Shown in pieces: positions 56,330 to 63,972 of a DNA stretch of 64,000 nt. Within the stretch, counting starts at the first letter, position 1, and every line of letters begins with the position of its first letter. This DNA is from a virus. Lineage: Duplodnaviria > Heunggongvirae > Uroviricota > Caudoviricetes. A model generated the notes under the pieces. It made no database searches, had not been told where the DNA came from, and saw nothing but the letters and a program-made list of their open reading frames with translations. Location: positions 109,076 through 173,075 of the IMG/VR virus record IMGVR_UViG_3300033121_001869, one strand, 5' to 3'. A program made the translations under genes and the position numbers.

Positions 56330-56686
56330 ATGAAAGATAAAATTGGAATTTGGACATCAATTATTTGCTTGATACATTGTTTAGTATTCCCAATACTTGC
56401 AACATCATTCCCAATATTTCTAAAACTTGATGCAAAGGTTGAAATTACACTATTTGTAATAGCATTTATCATAGGATCCTTATCATTTATTGATAATATA
56501 GTCAAACACAAATATTATCTATCGCTATTATTTTTCATAATAGGATTTATGTTAATATTCGTATCACTTTTTACATATCACCCTTTAACATATCCTGGAT
56601 TGCTATCATTAATAATGGCACATTATCTAAATTATAAAAAAATAAAAGAAAATGATGGATGTCACCCACATGGATGTAAACACTAA
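56330..56686 (+). CDS. small polytopic membrane protein with Cys/His-rich C-terminal tail (possible metal-binding or transport)
   Basis: Three to four hydrophobic helices, CLIHC in TM1, and a C-terminal DGCHPHGCKH. Confidence 0.5.
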   Translation: MKDKIGIWTSIICLIHCLVFPILATSFPIFLKLDAKVEITLFVIAFIIGSLSFIDNIVKHKYYLSLLFFIIGFMLIFVSLFTYHPLTYPGLLSLIMAHYLNYKKIKENDGCHPHGCKH

Positions 56687-56697
56687 AATTTAAAAAA

Positions 56698-57093
56698 ATG
56701 TCACACTGCATATCAATATACATCTTAAAAAAAGAAGAAATAAGAAATGAAAAAATCGATTCTATAATCGATGATAAGAAAAATCAAATTAAATTCACCG
56801 AAATGGATGAGGGTTTATTAGCAACAACTTATATACCAAATATTAAAAACTTCGCATCTAATAAAACAATTGCTAAAATTGAAACAGACTACTTTGGAGG
56901 ATTTGGAGATCAATCAGCAACACTATATGAAAATGGTGTAAAAGTGTTTGAAAAATCAGATCAAGTAGATAGATCATCCGAACCAATAAATGAAGTATTA
57001 AGAATTTTAGGTGTCAAAAAGAAAAATAATATGGATGAATTTGATACAATTGGACTAGGAAAGTATAGAACCAATCAAGATTTTAAACATTAA
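56698..57093 (+). CDS. hypothetical protein
   Basis: ORF of 131 aa. Confidence 0.45.
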   Translation: MSHCISIYILKKEEIRNEKIDSIIDDKKNQIKFTEMDEGLLATTYIPNIKNFASNKTIAKIETDYFGGFGDQSATLYENGVKVFEKSDQVDRSSEPINEVLRILGVKKKNNMDEFDTIGLGKYRTNQDFKH

Positions 57094-57127
57094 TCAAAAC
57101 TTAAAATATAATAGTATTATTAAAAGA

Positions 57128-57655
57128 ATGGCAAAAAAGATTTTCAAGAAAGAAAGAAAACATCGGATTAACAACGAAGTTAAATTTCCACAAGTTAGAA
57201 TTATAGGTGATTTTAACGGTGTGATAATGTCCTCATACGAGGCATATCAGATAGCACAGGATGAAGAAAAAGATTTAATTTTAATAAACGAAAACGCTAA
57301 TCCACCAGTTGTCAGAATTGAAGATTATGGAAAATTCATCTATGATCAAGAAAAAAAGGAAAAAGAGGCTAAAAAAATATCCAAAAAAACTGAATTAAAA
57401 GAAATATCATTATCTCTGACAATAGCAGATCATGACTTAGGAATTAAAGCTAAAAAAGCCAATGAATTTTTGGTGGATGGTGATAAAGTCAAACTTTCAC
57501 TCTTAATGAAGGGAAGACAAAACACAATGAAAGAGCAAGGAGAATTGGTTATGTTAAAATTTGCAACACTTGTTGAAAATCACGGAATTCCTGAAGCAAT
57601 GCCAAGGCTAGAAGGAAATAGATGGCACATGATTCTAAAACCAAAGAAAAAATGA
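57128..57655 (+). CDS. infC: translation initiation factor IF-3
   Basis: RINNEVKFPQVRIIGDFNGVIMSSYEAYQIAQDEEKDLILINENANPPVVRIEDYGKFIYD aligns to E. coli IF3 [63 protein letters not shown]. The C-terminal domain ends ...ILKPKKK. Confidence 0.8.
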   Translation: MAKKIFKKERKHRINNEVKFPQVRIIGDFNGVIMSSYEAYQIAQDEEKDLILINENANPPVVRIEDYGKFIYDQEKKEKEAKKISKKTELKEISLSLTIADHDLGIKAKKANEFLVDGDKVKLSLLMKGRQNTMKEQGELVMLKFATLVENHGIPEAMPRLEGNRWHMILKPKKK

Positions 57656-58071
57656 AAACATCCAGTGGCGTATTAATTACATTTAATAATAAAATATTAT
57701 TATGTCACCCAACTAATGCCTCTCATATAAGCACTTATTCACCACCAAAAGGACTGATAAATGAGGGTGAAAATCTAATAGATGCCGCAATAAGAGAATG
57801 TTTTGAAGAGACATCAATTAAATTAGACAAATCATTGATTGGTGATAGAGTATATGTGCCCTACTACAAGGGAAGTAAAATCTATAAAGAAGTTTTCCTA
57901 TTTAAGGTAAAAATAAACTCTCTTTCGGAAATTGGATTAGAAAATCTAATAATAGATAAAAATAAACTTCAACTTGATGAAGTAGATTGGGCTGGATTTA
58001 TTGATAAAAAGTCAGCTGAAAATAAAATATTCCATCGATTTAAACATATTTTACATGAAATTCTCGATTAA
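57652..58071 (+). CDS. Nudix hydrolase
   Basis: Nudix box GLINEGENLIDAAIRECFEETSI (Gx5Ex7REUxEExGU). The ATG overlaps the infC stop as ATGA. Confidence 0.65.
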   Translation: MKTSSGVLITFNNKILLCHPTNASHISTYSPPKGLINEGENLIDAAIRECFEETSIKLDKSLIGDRVYVPYYKGSKIYKEVFLFKVKINSLSEIGLENLIIDKNKLQLDEVDWAGFIDKKSAENKIFHRFKHILHEILD

Positions 58072-58315
58072 CATAGATGTTGAATTAACAAAAATTGAAA
58101 TTTCTTTTATAAAAAAACACTTTGTCAATAATAAAAAAACACATAACAGATTTTTCTTTTCAACTAATAATGAAGATAGAAGAACATTAGACAATTTATC
58201 CAAACATGAAGTGGTGTATTTTGATAATATGGGTAATATACATCTAACAATAATTGGAAATAATATTGTAGATATGTTAGACAGGGATAAAAAAATTAAT
58301 GATATACTAAAATGA
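58001..58315 (+). CDS. hypothetical protein (start uncertain)
   Basis: A 104-aa ORF overlapping the Nudix 3' end. An internal Met (MKFSINID) may be the real start. Confidence 0.3.
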   Translation: MIKSQLKIKYSIDLNIFYMKFSINIDVELTKIEISFIKKHFVNNKKTHNRFFFSTNNEDRRTLDNLSKHEVVYFDNMGNIHLTIIGNNIVDMLDRDKKINDILK

Positions 58316-58644
58316 ATTTAGATTTAAATAATCCAATATTTGTTCTATACATAAATGTTCATGGAATGTCAAGACAAAGAGCTGAAGAAGCTGCAGCTCA
58401 AATGTTAAAAAATATTAATTATGATAATATAACTACATGGTGCATTCCAATAGAAAATCAAGATTCCAGAATTGAATTGATATGGAAGGGACATCAATAT
58501 GAAATAGGATTGAGAAATCCATCAGAAATATCAAAAATTGAAGATAGAATCAAAATGATAATTGATATTACATCAAAAGGAGCATCGGAAATAGACATAA
58601 AGCAAAGACTACGAGAAATTTTAATTGGTGATATAATAGATTAA
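58312..58644 (+). CDS. hypothetical protein
   Basis: ORF of 110 aa. Confidence 0.4.
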   Translation: MNLDLNNPIFVLYINVHGMSRQRAEEAAAQMLKNINYDNITTWCIPIENQDSRIELIWKGHQYEIGLRNPSEISKIEDRIKMIIDITSKGASEIDIKQRLREILIGDIID

Positions 58645-58658
58645 TTTTTATATTAAAA

Positions 58659-58690
58659 TTTGGATTTTCACAAAAGAATCCGTATATTTG
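58659..58690 (+). promoter_or_regulatory. candidate Bacteroidetes-type promoter TTTG-N20-TATATTTG
   Basis: TTTG at 58659..58662 and TATATTTG at 58683..58690. The palindrome TTTGTAT-TAA-ATACAAA overlaps. A 44-aa ORF starts at 58707. Confidence 0.4.
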
Positions 58691-58706
58691 TATTAAATAC
58701 AAAGAT

Positions 58707-58841
58707 ATGACAAACAACCAATTATCCATTGAACAAGTTCGTGAAAATACACAATTTACAAGTGATAATCAATATGCGGCATTTAATCAAATGTCCGAAG
58801 ACTTCTTATTTCGTCAGTTAATTGAAGAAATTAATTCTTAA
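58707..58841 (+). CDS. small hypothetical protein (44 aa)
   Basis: MTNNQLSIEQVRENTQFTSDNQYAAFNQMSEDFLFRQLIEEINS. It follows the candidate promoter and is below the track size cutoff. Confidence 0.25.
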   Translation: MTNNQLSIEQVRENTQFTSDNQYAAFNQMSEDFLFRQLIEEINS

Positions 58842-59193
58842 ATTTATTATCAATAAATTCATAAATTTCTTTCTTTAGTAATTGTGAACAATCTAACTCT
58901 CGTCGCTCACCATTTTGTGAAATAAAAATCTCAAAAGAATCTTTAGGATACCCCATAAAATTAGAATCCTTTTTCTTTTTTAAAGAAATGGTTTTATCTT
59001 TAAATATCACAGAATATCCCGTTAAATGTCTACCAATAGAATAATTTGAGTTATTCTTAATGGTGTTAATTAATTCTTTAGCAAAAGCAGAATCACTTGT
59101 TTTACTTTTAAAATTCCAAAATTCGTTTAATTCTCTCAATTCACCAATAGTTTTAATTTTGGTTTTTCCATCTTTATTTAAAATAGCCTTCAA
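58831..59193 (-). CDS. hypothetical protein
   Basis: ORF of 120 aa. Confidence 0.45.
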   Translation of the reverse strand: MKAILNKDGKTKIKTIGELRELNEFWNFKSKTSDSAFAKELINTIKNNSNYSIGRHLTGYSVIFKDKTISLKKKKDSNFMGYPKDSFEIFISQNGERRELDCSQLLKKEIYEFIDNKFKN

Positions 59194-59365
59194 TCCATCC
59201 GGAAAATTTAAAATGTAGTTTTTACAATCTACATCTTTAAATTCAGAAACAGAATCAATAATATCTATTAATAAGAAAGAATGTTTAGTTCCTTATATGC
59301 CTCATGATATTCAACTTTTTAAAGTATATCTTATATATTAACTATAAAATTTAAATTACTTAAAA

Positions 59366-60061
59366 ATGAATACTGGATTATCAAAAAAAGATATAAACAA
59401 ATATATGGATAACATAAAAGGATTAACTCCATATATTCTAGAAGAAAGAGAATTAAGAGCAACTCAAATTGATGTTTTTAGTAGGCTATTAAGAGATAGA
59501 ATAATCTGGGTATCAGGAGTTGTTGATCAACACATGTCAGATATTGTGCAAGCTCAATTGTTATTCTTAGATTCAGTTGAAACTAAAGATATTACATTAT
59601 ACATAAATTCACCTGGCGGATCTGTACTATGTGGATTGGGAATAATTGATCTTATGAATTATATTTCATCTGATGTAGCAACAGTTAATATAGGTATGTG
59701 TGCCTCTATGGGTTCTGTTTTACTTTCATCGGGAACAAAGGGTAAAAGATCATCACTACTATATTCAAAAGTAATGACTCATCAGGTTTCACACGGAACA
59801 GAAGGAAATATACAAGATACAAGAATTAATCAAATGGAAGCAGAAAAATACAACTATCTTTTATTTAAAATTCTTGCACAAAATTGTGGTAAAACAGTCG
59901 ATGAAGTTTTAGATTTCTCCAGAAGAGACAGATGGTATAACTCCGATGAAGCACTTTCATTTGGTTTAATTGATGAGGTAATAGGATCAGATAAAATAAC
60001 AATAACCTCAATGTTAGAGGGATTTGATGACTATTATAATAAAGAAGTTCTGAAAAAATAA
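59366..60061 (+). CDS. clpP: ATP-dependent Clp protease proteolytic subunit ClpP
   Basis: Catalytic Ser in GMCASMGS, His in MTHQ, and the conserved RIIWVSG...YINSPGGSV core. Confidence 0.85.
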   Translation: MNTGLSKKDINKYMDNIKGLTPYILEERELRATQIDVFSRLLRDRIIWVSGVVDQHMSDIVQAQLLFLDSVETKDITLYINSPGGSVLCGLGIIDLMNYISSDVATVNIGMCASMGSVLLSSGTKGKRSSLLYSKVMTHQVSHGTEGNIQDTRINQMEAEKYNYLLFKILAQNCGKTVDEVLDFSRRDRWYNSDEALSFGLIDEVIGSDKITITSMLEGFDDYYNKEVLKK

Positions 60062-60088
60062 TCTGCATATTTATTTAATATATAAAGC

Positions 60089-60664
60089 ATGCAAAAATTT
60101 ACCAACCTAAAGACAAATGTTGATTTAACAGATAGTGATAAAGATGAGATTTTATATAAAAATGAATATGTATCACTTATAAAGTATGAAGATTGGACTA
60201 TAATAAAAGAATCTGATTTTGTAGTCTGTATAATTTATCTAATTGAAGAAAATCAATTCATATTAAGGAATGAATACATCCCAACATTTAAATATGTTGA
60301 TGGTCAAGAATATCATCTAACTGTATTAAGTGGATGTGTTAAAAAAGGAGAAATGAATGAAAGGGCTCTTTTAAGGGAAATTGAAGAAGAGGCTGGAATT
60401 GTTATCGATCCGAATTTCAAAATAGAATTTTTAAAGCCTTTATTTGTATCAAAAGGACATGCTTCAAAATATTATCCAGCAATAATACAATTAACTCAAA
60501 AAGATTATCACGAAGTTGTTGCAAAAGGTGATGGATCTAAATCTGAAAAAATGAGCCAATGTGTTAAACTTGATATTAAATATATCAATTCTGTTAATAC
60601 ATCTGATTTAATAACTGATTATATGATTGAAAAATTCAAAAACTATTTAAATATCTATTCGTGA
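60089..60664 (+). CDS. Nudix hydrolase (ADP-ribose pyrophosphatase-like)
   Basis: Nudix box SGCVKKGEMNERALLREIEEEAGIVI. Confidence 0.65.
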   Translation: MQKFTNLKTNVDLTDSDKDEILYKNEYVSLIKYEDWTIIKESDFVVCIIYLIEENQFILRNEYIPTFKYVDGQEYHLTVLSGCVKKGEMNERALLREIEEEAGIVIDPNFKIEFLKPLFVSKGHASKYYPAIIQLTQKDYHEVVAKGDGSKSEKMSQCVKLDIKYINSVNTSDLITDYMIEKFKNYLNIYS

Positions 60665-61059
60665 AAAAGTTTAGTAAAATAAATGAAGAAATAAAATTTG
60701 GAAGAAATGAAATTCCAGAAAAGGATATCTTATATCAAGATTCGGATTTTTTTATCAAATTTGATGGATATCCAGTTAGTCCAGGTCATATATTAATAAT
60801 CACAAAAGGCGAAGAAGTAACCTATTTTGATTTATCAGATTCTAAAAAGAATAAATTATCAGTCCTACTAAATAAAGCAAAAGAAATAATTGAATCAAAT
60901 CATAATCCAGATGGATACAATATTGGTATGAATTGTGGAGAAGCTTCTGGTCAAACCATAATGCAATTTCACTGCCACTTAATTCCAAGGTATAAAGGCG
61001 ATGTTGAAAATCCAAGAGGTGGTGTTCGACACTCTGTGATCGGAAAGGGATTTTACTAA
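60661..61059 (+). CDS. HIT (histidine triad) family nucleotide hydrolase or transferase
   Basis: HxHxHxx motif QFHCHLIP near the C-terminus. Overlaps the upstream Nudix stop. Confidence 0.75.
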   Translation: MKKFSKINEEIKFGRNEIPEKDILYQDSDFFIKFDGYPVSPGHILIITKGEEVTYFDLSDSKKNKLSVLLNKAKEIIESNHNPDGYNIGMNCGEASGQTIMQFHCHLIPRYKGDVENPRGGVRHSVIGKGFY

Positions 61060-61517
61060 TCTAATAGTTTAACAAACTTAAATTCTTCAGAATAATACCC
61101 ATTACTTGTTCCAAAGAATCGAAGATCTACATAACCCTTAATTGTTGCAAATGTATAAAATGTCCAAGTAAAACTATCATCTACAGATCCCTTTTTTGGC
61201 TTATCACCCTCATTATAATTAGTTTTTACTTCAGCTTTTAATATTGGAGGCCCAATTAAATCATCTAAATCTCCAATAATATCTTCCAACCAACAAGATT
61301 CGCAACAATCCTGATCATGGAAGAAAACATATCTTTCCTCATCATTATCTGTTGATACAACAAATAACATCTCATAATCTGAGTATTTTATATCATATAT
61401 TCTTTTTCCAAGTAGATCAGTTACTTGTGCCTCCTCATATGACCCAGTTAATAAAGAGTCATCAGTTTTAAATTCACTATTATCTTCAAGAGATTCAAAT
61501 TTCTTCAAATATTTCAT
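61056..61517 (-). CDS. hypothetical acidic protein
   Basis: ORF of 153 aa. Confidence 0.45.
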   Translation of the reverse strand: MKYLKKFESLEDNSEFKTDDSLLTGSYEEAQVTDLLGKRIYDIKYSDYEMLFVVSTDNDEERYVFFHDQDCCESCWLEDIIGDLDDLIGPPILKAEVKTNYNEGDKPKKGSVDDSFTWTFYTFATIKGYVDLRFFGTSNGYYSEEFKFVKLLD

Positions 61518-61533
61518 ATTTTATATATTAAAA

Positions 61534-61555
61534 AAGGAGTCTAAAAAGACTCCTT
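61534..61555 (-). terminator. intrinsic terminator after the SHOCT-domain gene
   Basis: AAGGAGTC-TAAAAA-GACTCCTT hairpin flanked by A/T runs. Confidence 0.55.
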
Positions 61556-61567
61556 GATAGCTGTTCA
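61556..61567. repeat. left arm of the 12-bp inverted repeat ATAGCTGTTCAA flanking the SHOCT-domain gene
   Basis: Perfect reverse complement of 62587..62598 (TTGAACAGCTAT). Confidence 0.5.
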
Positions 61568-61576
61568 ATTATTTTT

Positions 61577-62503
61577 TTAAATTCTAGAAAGAATTTCTTT
61601 CTTTTTCATTTGAAATTCTTCATCTGTCAATATGCCACCATCTTTTAAATCTTTCAATTTAATTAATAAATCAGCTGCTTGATGGCTACTAGTAAGTGAT
61701 TTTTTCTCAACCTCAACTGGTTTTCTTGATGTTGGTAATAAATTATATACAATATGATGAATATAATTTTTTTCAAAATCCATATCAACTTCCATAAATT
61801 GTTGTTGAGATGGAAGCCCTTTTTCCACTCTACCGGTTTCAATACTATCAGATGTGGTAAACTCTCCAGTGCTGGAATTAAAAGAGCAATTTGTCAGATT
61901 TAAATCTGATGTTCCAGATGTAAGTGTAAATGAATTTGAATAATTAGAATTGGTGGAATTACAAGTTGTCAAATTACCACCAAGTGTTGTGGAAGAGTAA
62001 GATATTGTAGTTCCGGTTGTTCCATACCACCAAGGATTATAAGGATTCCAGGGATTTCTTGGATACCACCAAGGGTATGCAGGATAATATTCTCTAACAA
62101 TGACTTCTTTATACTTATCTCGCCAATTGTTAATAGATACTGCTTGTTCCTTATAAAAGAAAACTTCCATCACTCCATTATTTTCAATAGATTCAAGTGT
62201 TGTTTCATTATTTTCAACTTGATAGGTCTGAAATATAAATTTCTTTTTATCATCAACAAAACAATCTAGGTAGAATCTTTGTCCTGGTTTAACAATAAGT
62301 CCTGTTTTTGATATTGATTGGCCATTTAGTCTTATATCTGCCAATATACATTCTTTAAGTGGATTAAATAATTCTATTTGGAACTCCTCATTGTTTTCCA
62401 AATAAATGTTACTATCACTTTTAATTGATTTTCTGCCTTTATCTTTTGGATTTACTATCCATGCGCCTGGCAAATTAGCGCCTTTTTTCGCTTGTACTTT
62501 CAT
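61577..62503 (-). CDS. hypothetical protein with C-terminal SHOCT domain and Pro/Trp/Tyr-rich low-complexity segment
   Basis: C-terminal ADLLIKLKDLKDGGILTDEEFQMKKKEIL matches the SHOCT pattern. Middle segment YPAYPWWYPRNPWNPYNPWWY. Confidence 0.5.
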   Translation of the reverse strand: MKVQAKKGANLPGAWIVNPKDKGRKSIKSDSNIYLENNEEFQIELFNPLKECILADIRLNGQSISKTGLIVKPGQRFYLDCFVDDKKKFIFQTYQVENNETTLESIENNGVMEVFFYKEQAVSINNWRDKYKEVIVREYYPAYPWWYPRNPWNPYNPWWYGTTGTTISYSSTTLGGNLTTCNSTNSNYSNSFTLTSGTSDLNLTNCSFNSSTGEFTTSDSIETGRVEKGLPSQQQFMEVDMDFEKNYIHHIVYNLLPTSRKPVEVEKKSLTSSHQAADLLIKLKDLKDGGILTDEEFQMKKKEILSRI

Positions 62504-62586
62504 ACTATTCTTTTATTTTTTGTCCTATATCTTTGAATTCTTTCAAATTCTTAAAGTATCACAAGAATACTCGACATAAGATGGCT

Positions 62587-62598
62587 TGAACAGCTATA
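62587..62598. repeat. right arm of the 12-bp inverted repeat (TTGAACAGCTAT)
   Basis: Perfect reverse complement of 61556..61567. Confidence 0.5.
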
Positions 62599-62609
62599 TT
62601 ATATATTGA

Positions 62610-63494
62610 TTATTTAATCTCTTGTTGTACAAAAATATCATTCCATTTAAAATTTAAATTGAGTTCCTCCAAGACATTACTTATTTCTTCTTTAACGCTT
62701 GTTTTATCTAATCTTTTATGGTTTGTGATTCGTGTGGTATCATACTTATTATGTGATAATCTAAATATTAAATTACTCGAATTATACAATTTTTTAAAAA
62801 AATAGGGAGTTATATCAAAAATAAATTGCTTATCCAAATTCATTGGCATTCTTATAGAATCTGCACTGATAGGATCTAATATCCTATCTTCTTTTTTATA
62901 TCCTGAAAATATATCAAAATCCCAATCTCCATGTCTTCGACAAAATGCATCAAAATAATGTTTAACAAATACATTTGGATCTATAGATGAAACATAATCA
63001 ATAATTTCAGATTTATTTTTATCATAAGAATAAATCAAATCATCATAGATATTTTTCTTATAGAAAGGAATAACAATTTTTATACCACTCATTTCCTTTG
63101 GTGTTCCATTATAGAAACTAAAATATTCATCAATATCAATTTCCTTTTTAAAATAGATAATATTATTATTTAGCTTTAAATATCCACTATTATCAATTAG
63201 TTTTTTAACTAATCTATATAAATGTATTTTCATATCATCATTATATTTAGGATCAAAAAATATATCATATTTTATATTAGATCCAGTACGATCATTTTCA
63301 AATTCATGAATAATGAATTTATTTTTAGATATCTTTTCTAATTCTTCCTTGGACGATCTAGCTGCAACTACCTGCTGAGATATATCATTATAATAAACCT
63401 TCACAATATCAAAACTATCACATATCTCATCAATATATTCATCAATATTCGATAAATCCTCATAATATGACTCGAAAATTTTTAAAATTCTCAT
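62610..63494 (-). CDS. hypothetical protein
   Basis: ORF of 294 aa. Confidence 0.5.
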   Translation of the reverse strand: MRILKIFESYYEDLSNIDEYIDEICDSFDIVKVYYNDISQQVVAARSSKEELEKISKNKFIIHEFENDRTGSNIKYDIFFDPKYNDDMKIHLYRLVKKLIDNSGYLKLNNNIIYFKKEIDIDEYFSFYNGTPKEMSGIKIVIPFYKKNIYDDLIYSYDKNKSEIIDYVSSIDPNVFVKHYFDAFCRRHGDWDFDIFSGYKKEDRILDPISADSIRMPMNLDKQFIFDITPYFFKKLYNSSNLIFRLSHNKYDTTRITNHKRLDKTSVKEEISNVLEELNLNFKWNDIFVQQEIK

Positions 63495-63555
63495 GTGTTA
63501 TATATTAAACTTTATGTCAATTATCAAATACAACTAAAAATATAATTATCAAAAA

Positions 63556-63972
63556 ATGATACAAAAAGGAAACACGGTAAAAGTTCATTATACCGGAAAA
63601 TTAGAAGACAATAAAGTATTTGATTCTTCTGCTGGAAGACAGCCAATTGAATTTCAAGTTGGAAATCAACAAGTAATTGAGGGATTTGAATCTGCAGTTT
63701 TAGGATTAAATAAAGGAGACAAAACAACCATCACAATTGATCCTGATAAAGCATATGGTGACATTCGTCCAGAATTAATAATGGCTGTTCCAAAAAATCA
63801 AGTCCCACAAGATGTTAAAGTTGGAGTTCAACTTCAAGGAGTTGGTCAAAATGGAGAGCCATTCAATGTAACAGTTCGAGAAATAAATGAATCAACTGTA
63901 ACATTAGATGCTAATCACCCATTAGCGGGAAAGAAATTAATCTTCGATATTGAAGTTGTGGATGTTGTGTAA
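63556..63972 (+). CDS. FKBP-type peptidyl-prolyl cis-trans isomerase (SlyD/FkpB-like)
   Basis: VKVHYTGKLEDNKVFDSS...PIEFQVG.QQVIEGFE.AVLGL.KGDK motifs of the FKBP fold. Confidence 0.8.
   Translation: MIQKGNTVKVHYTGKLEDNKVFDSSAGRQPIEFQVGNQQVIEGFESAVLGLNKGDKTTITIDPDKAYGDIRPELIMAVPKNQVPQDVKVGVQLQGVGQNGEPFNVTVREINESTVTLDANHPLAGKKLIFDIEVVDVV

Noticed and set aside
425-63727. About 40 short antisense or overlapping ORFs in the six-frame track (for example 425..847-, 881..1171-, 7581..7826-, 7766..7978+, 9383..9658+, 11577..11825+, 17191..17442-, 31470..31751+, 32369..32653-, 43246..43503-, 47053..47355-, 51334..51711-, 53371..53682-, 54008..54577-, 54690..54938-, 59865..60068-, 63524..63727-)
   Set aside because: They lie entirely inside longer ORFs that carry recognisable protein motifs on the other strand or frame. 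Their products are low-complexity Ile/Leu/Phe/Ser-rich strings, as expected from AT-rich antisense sequence.
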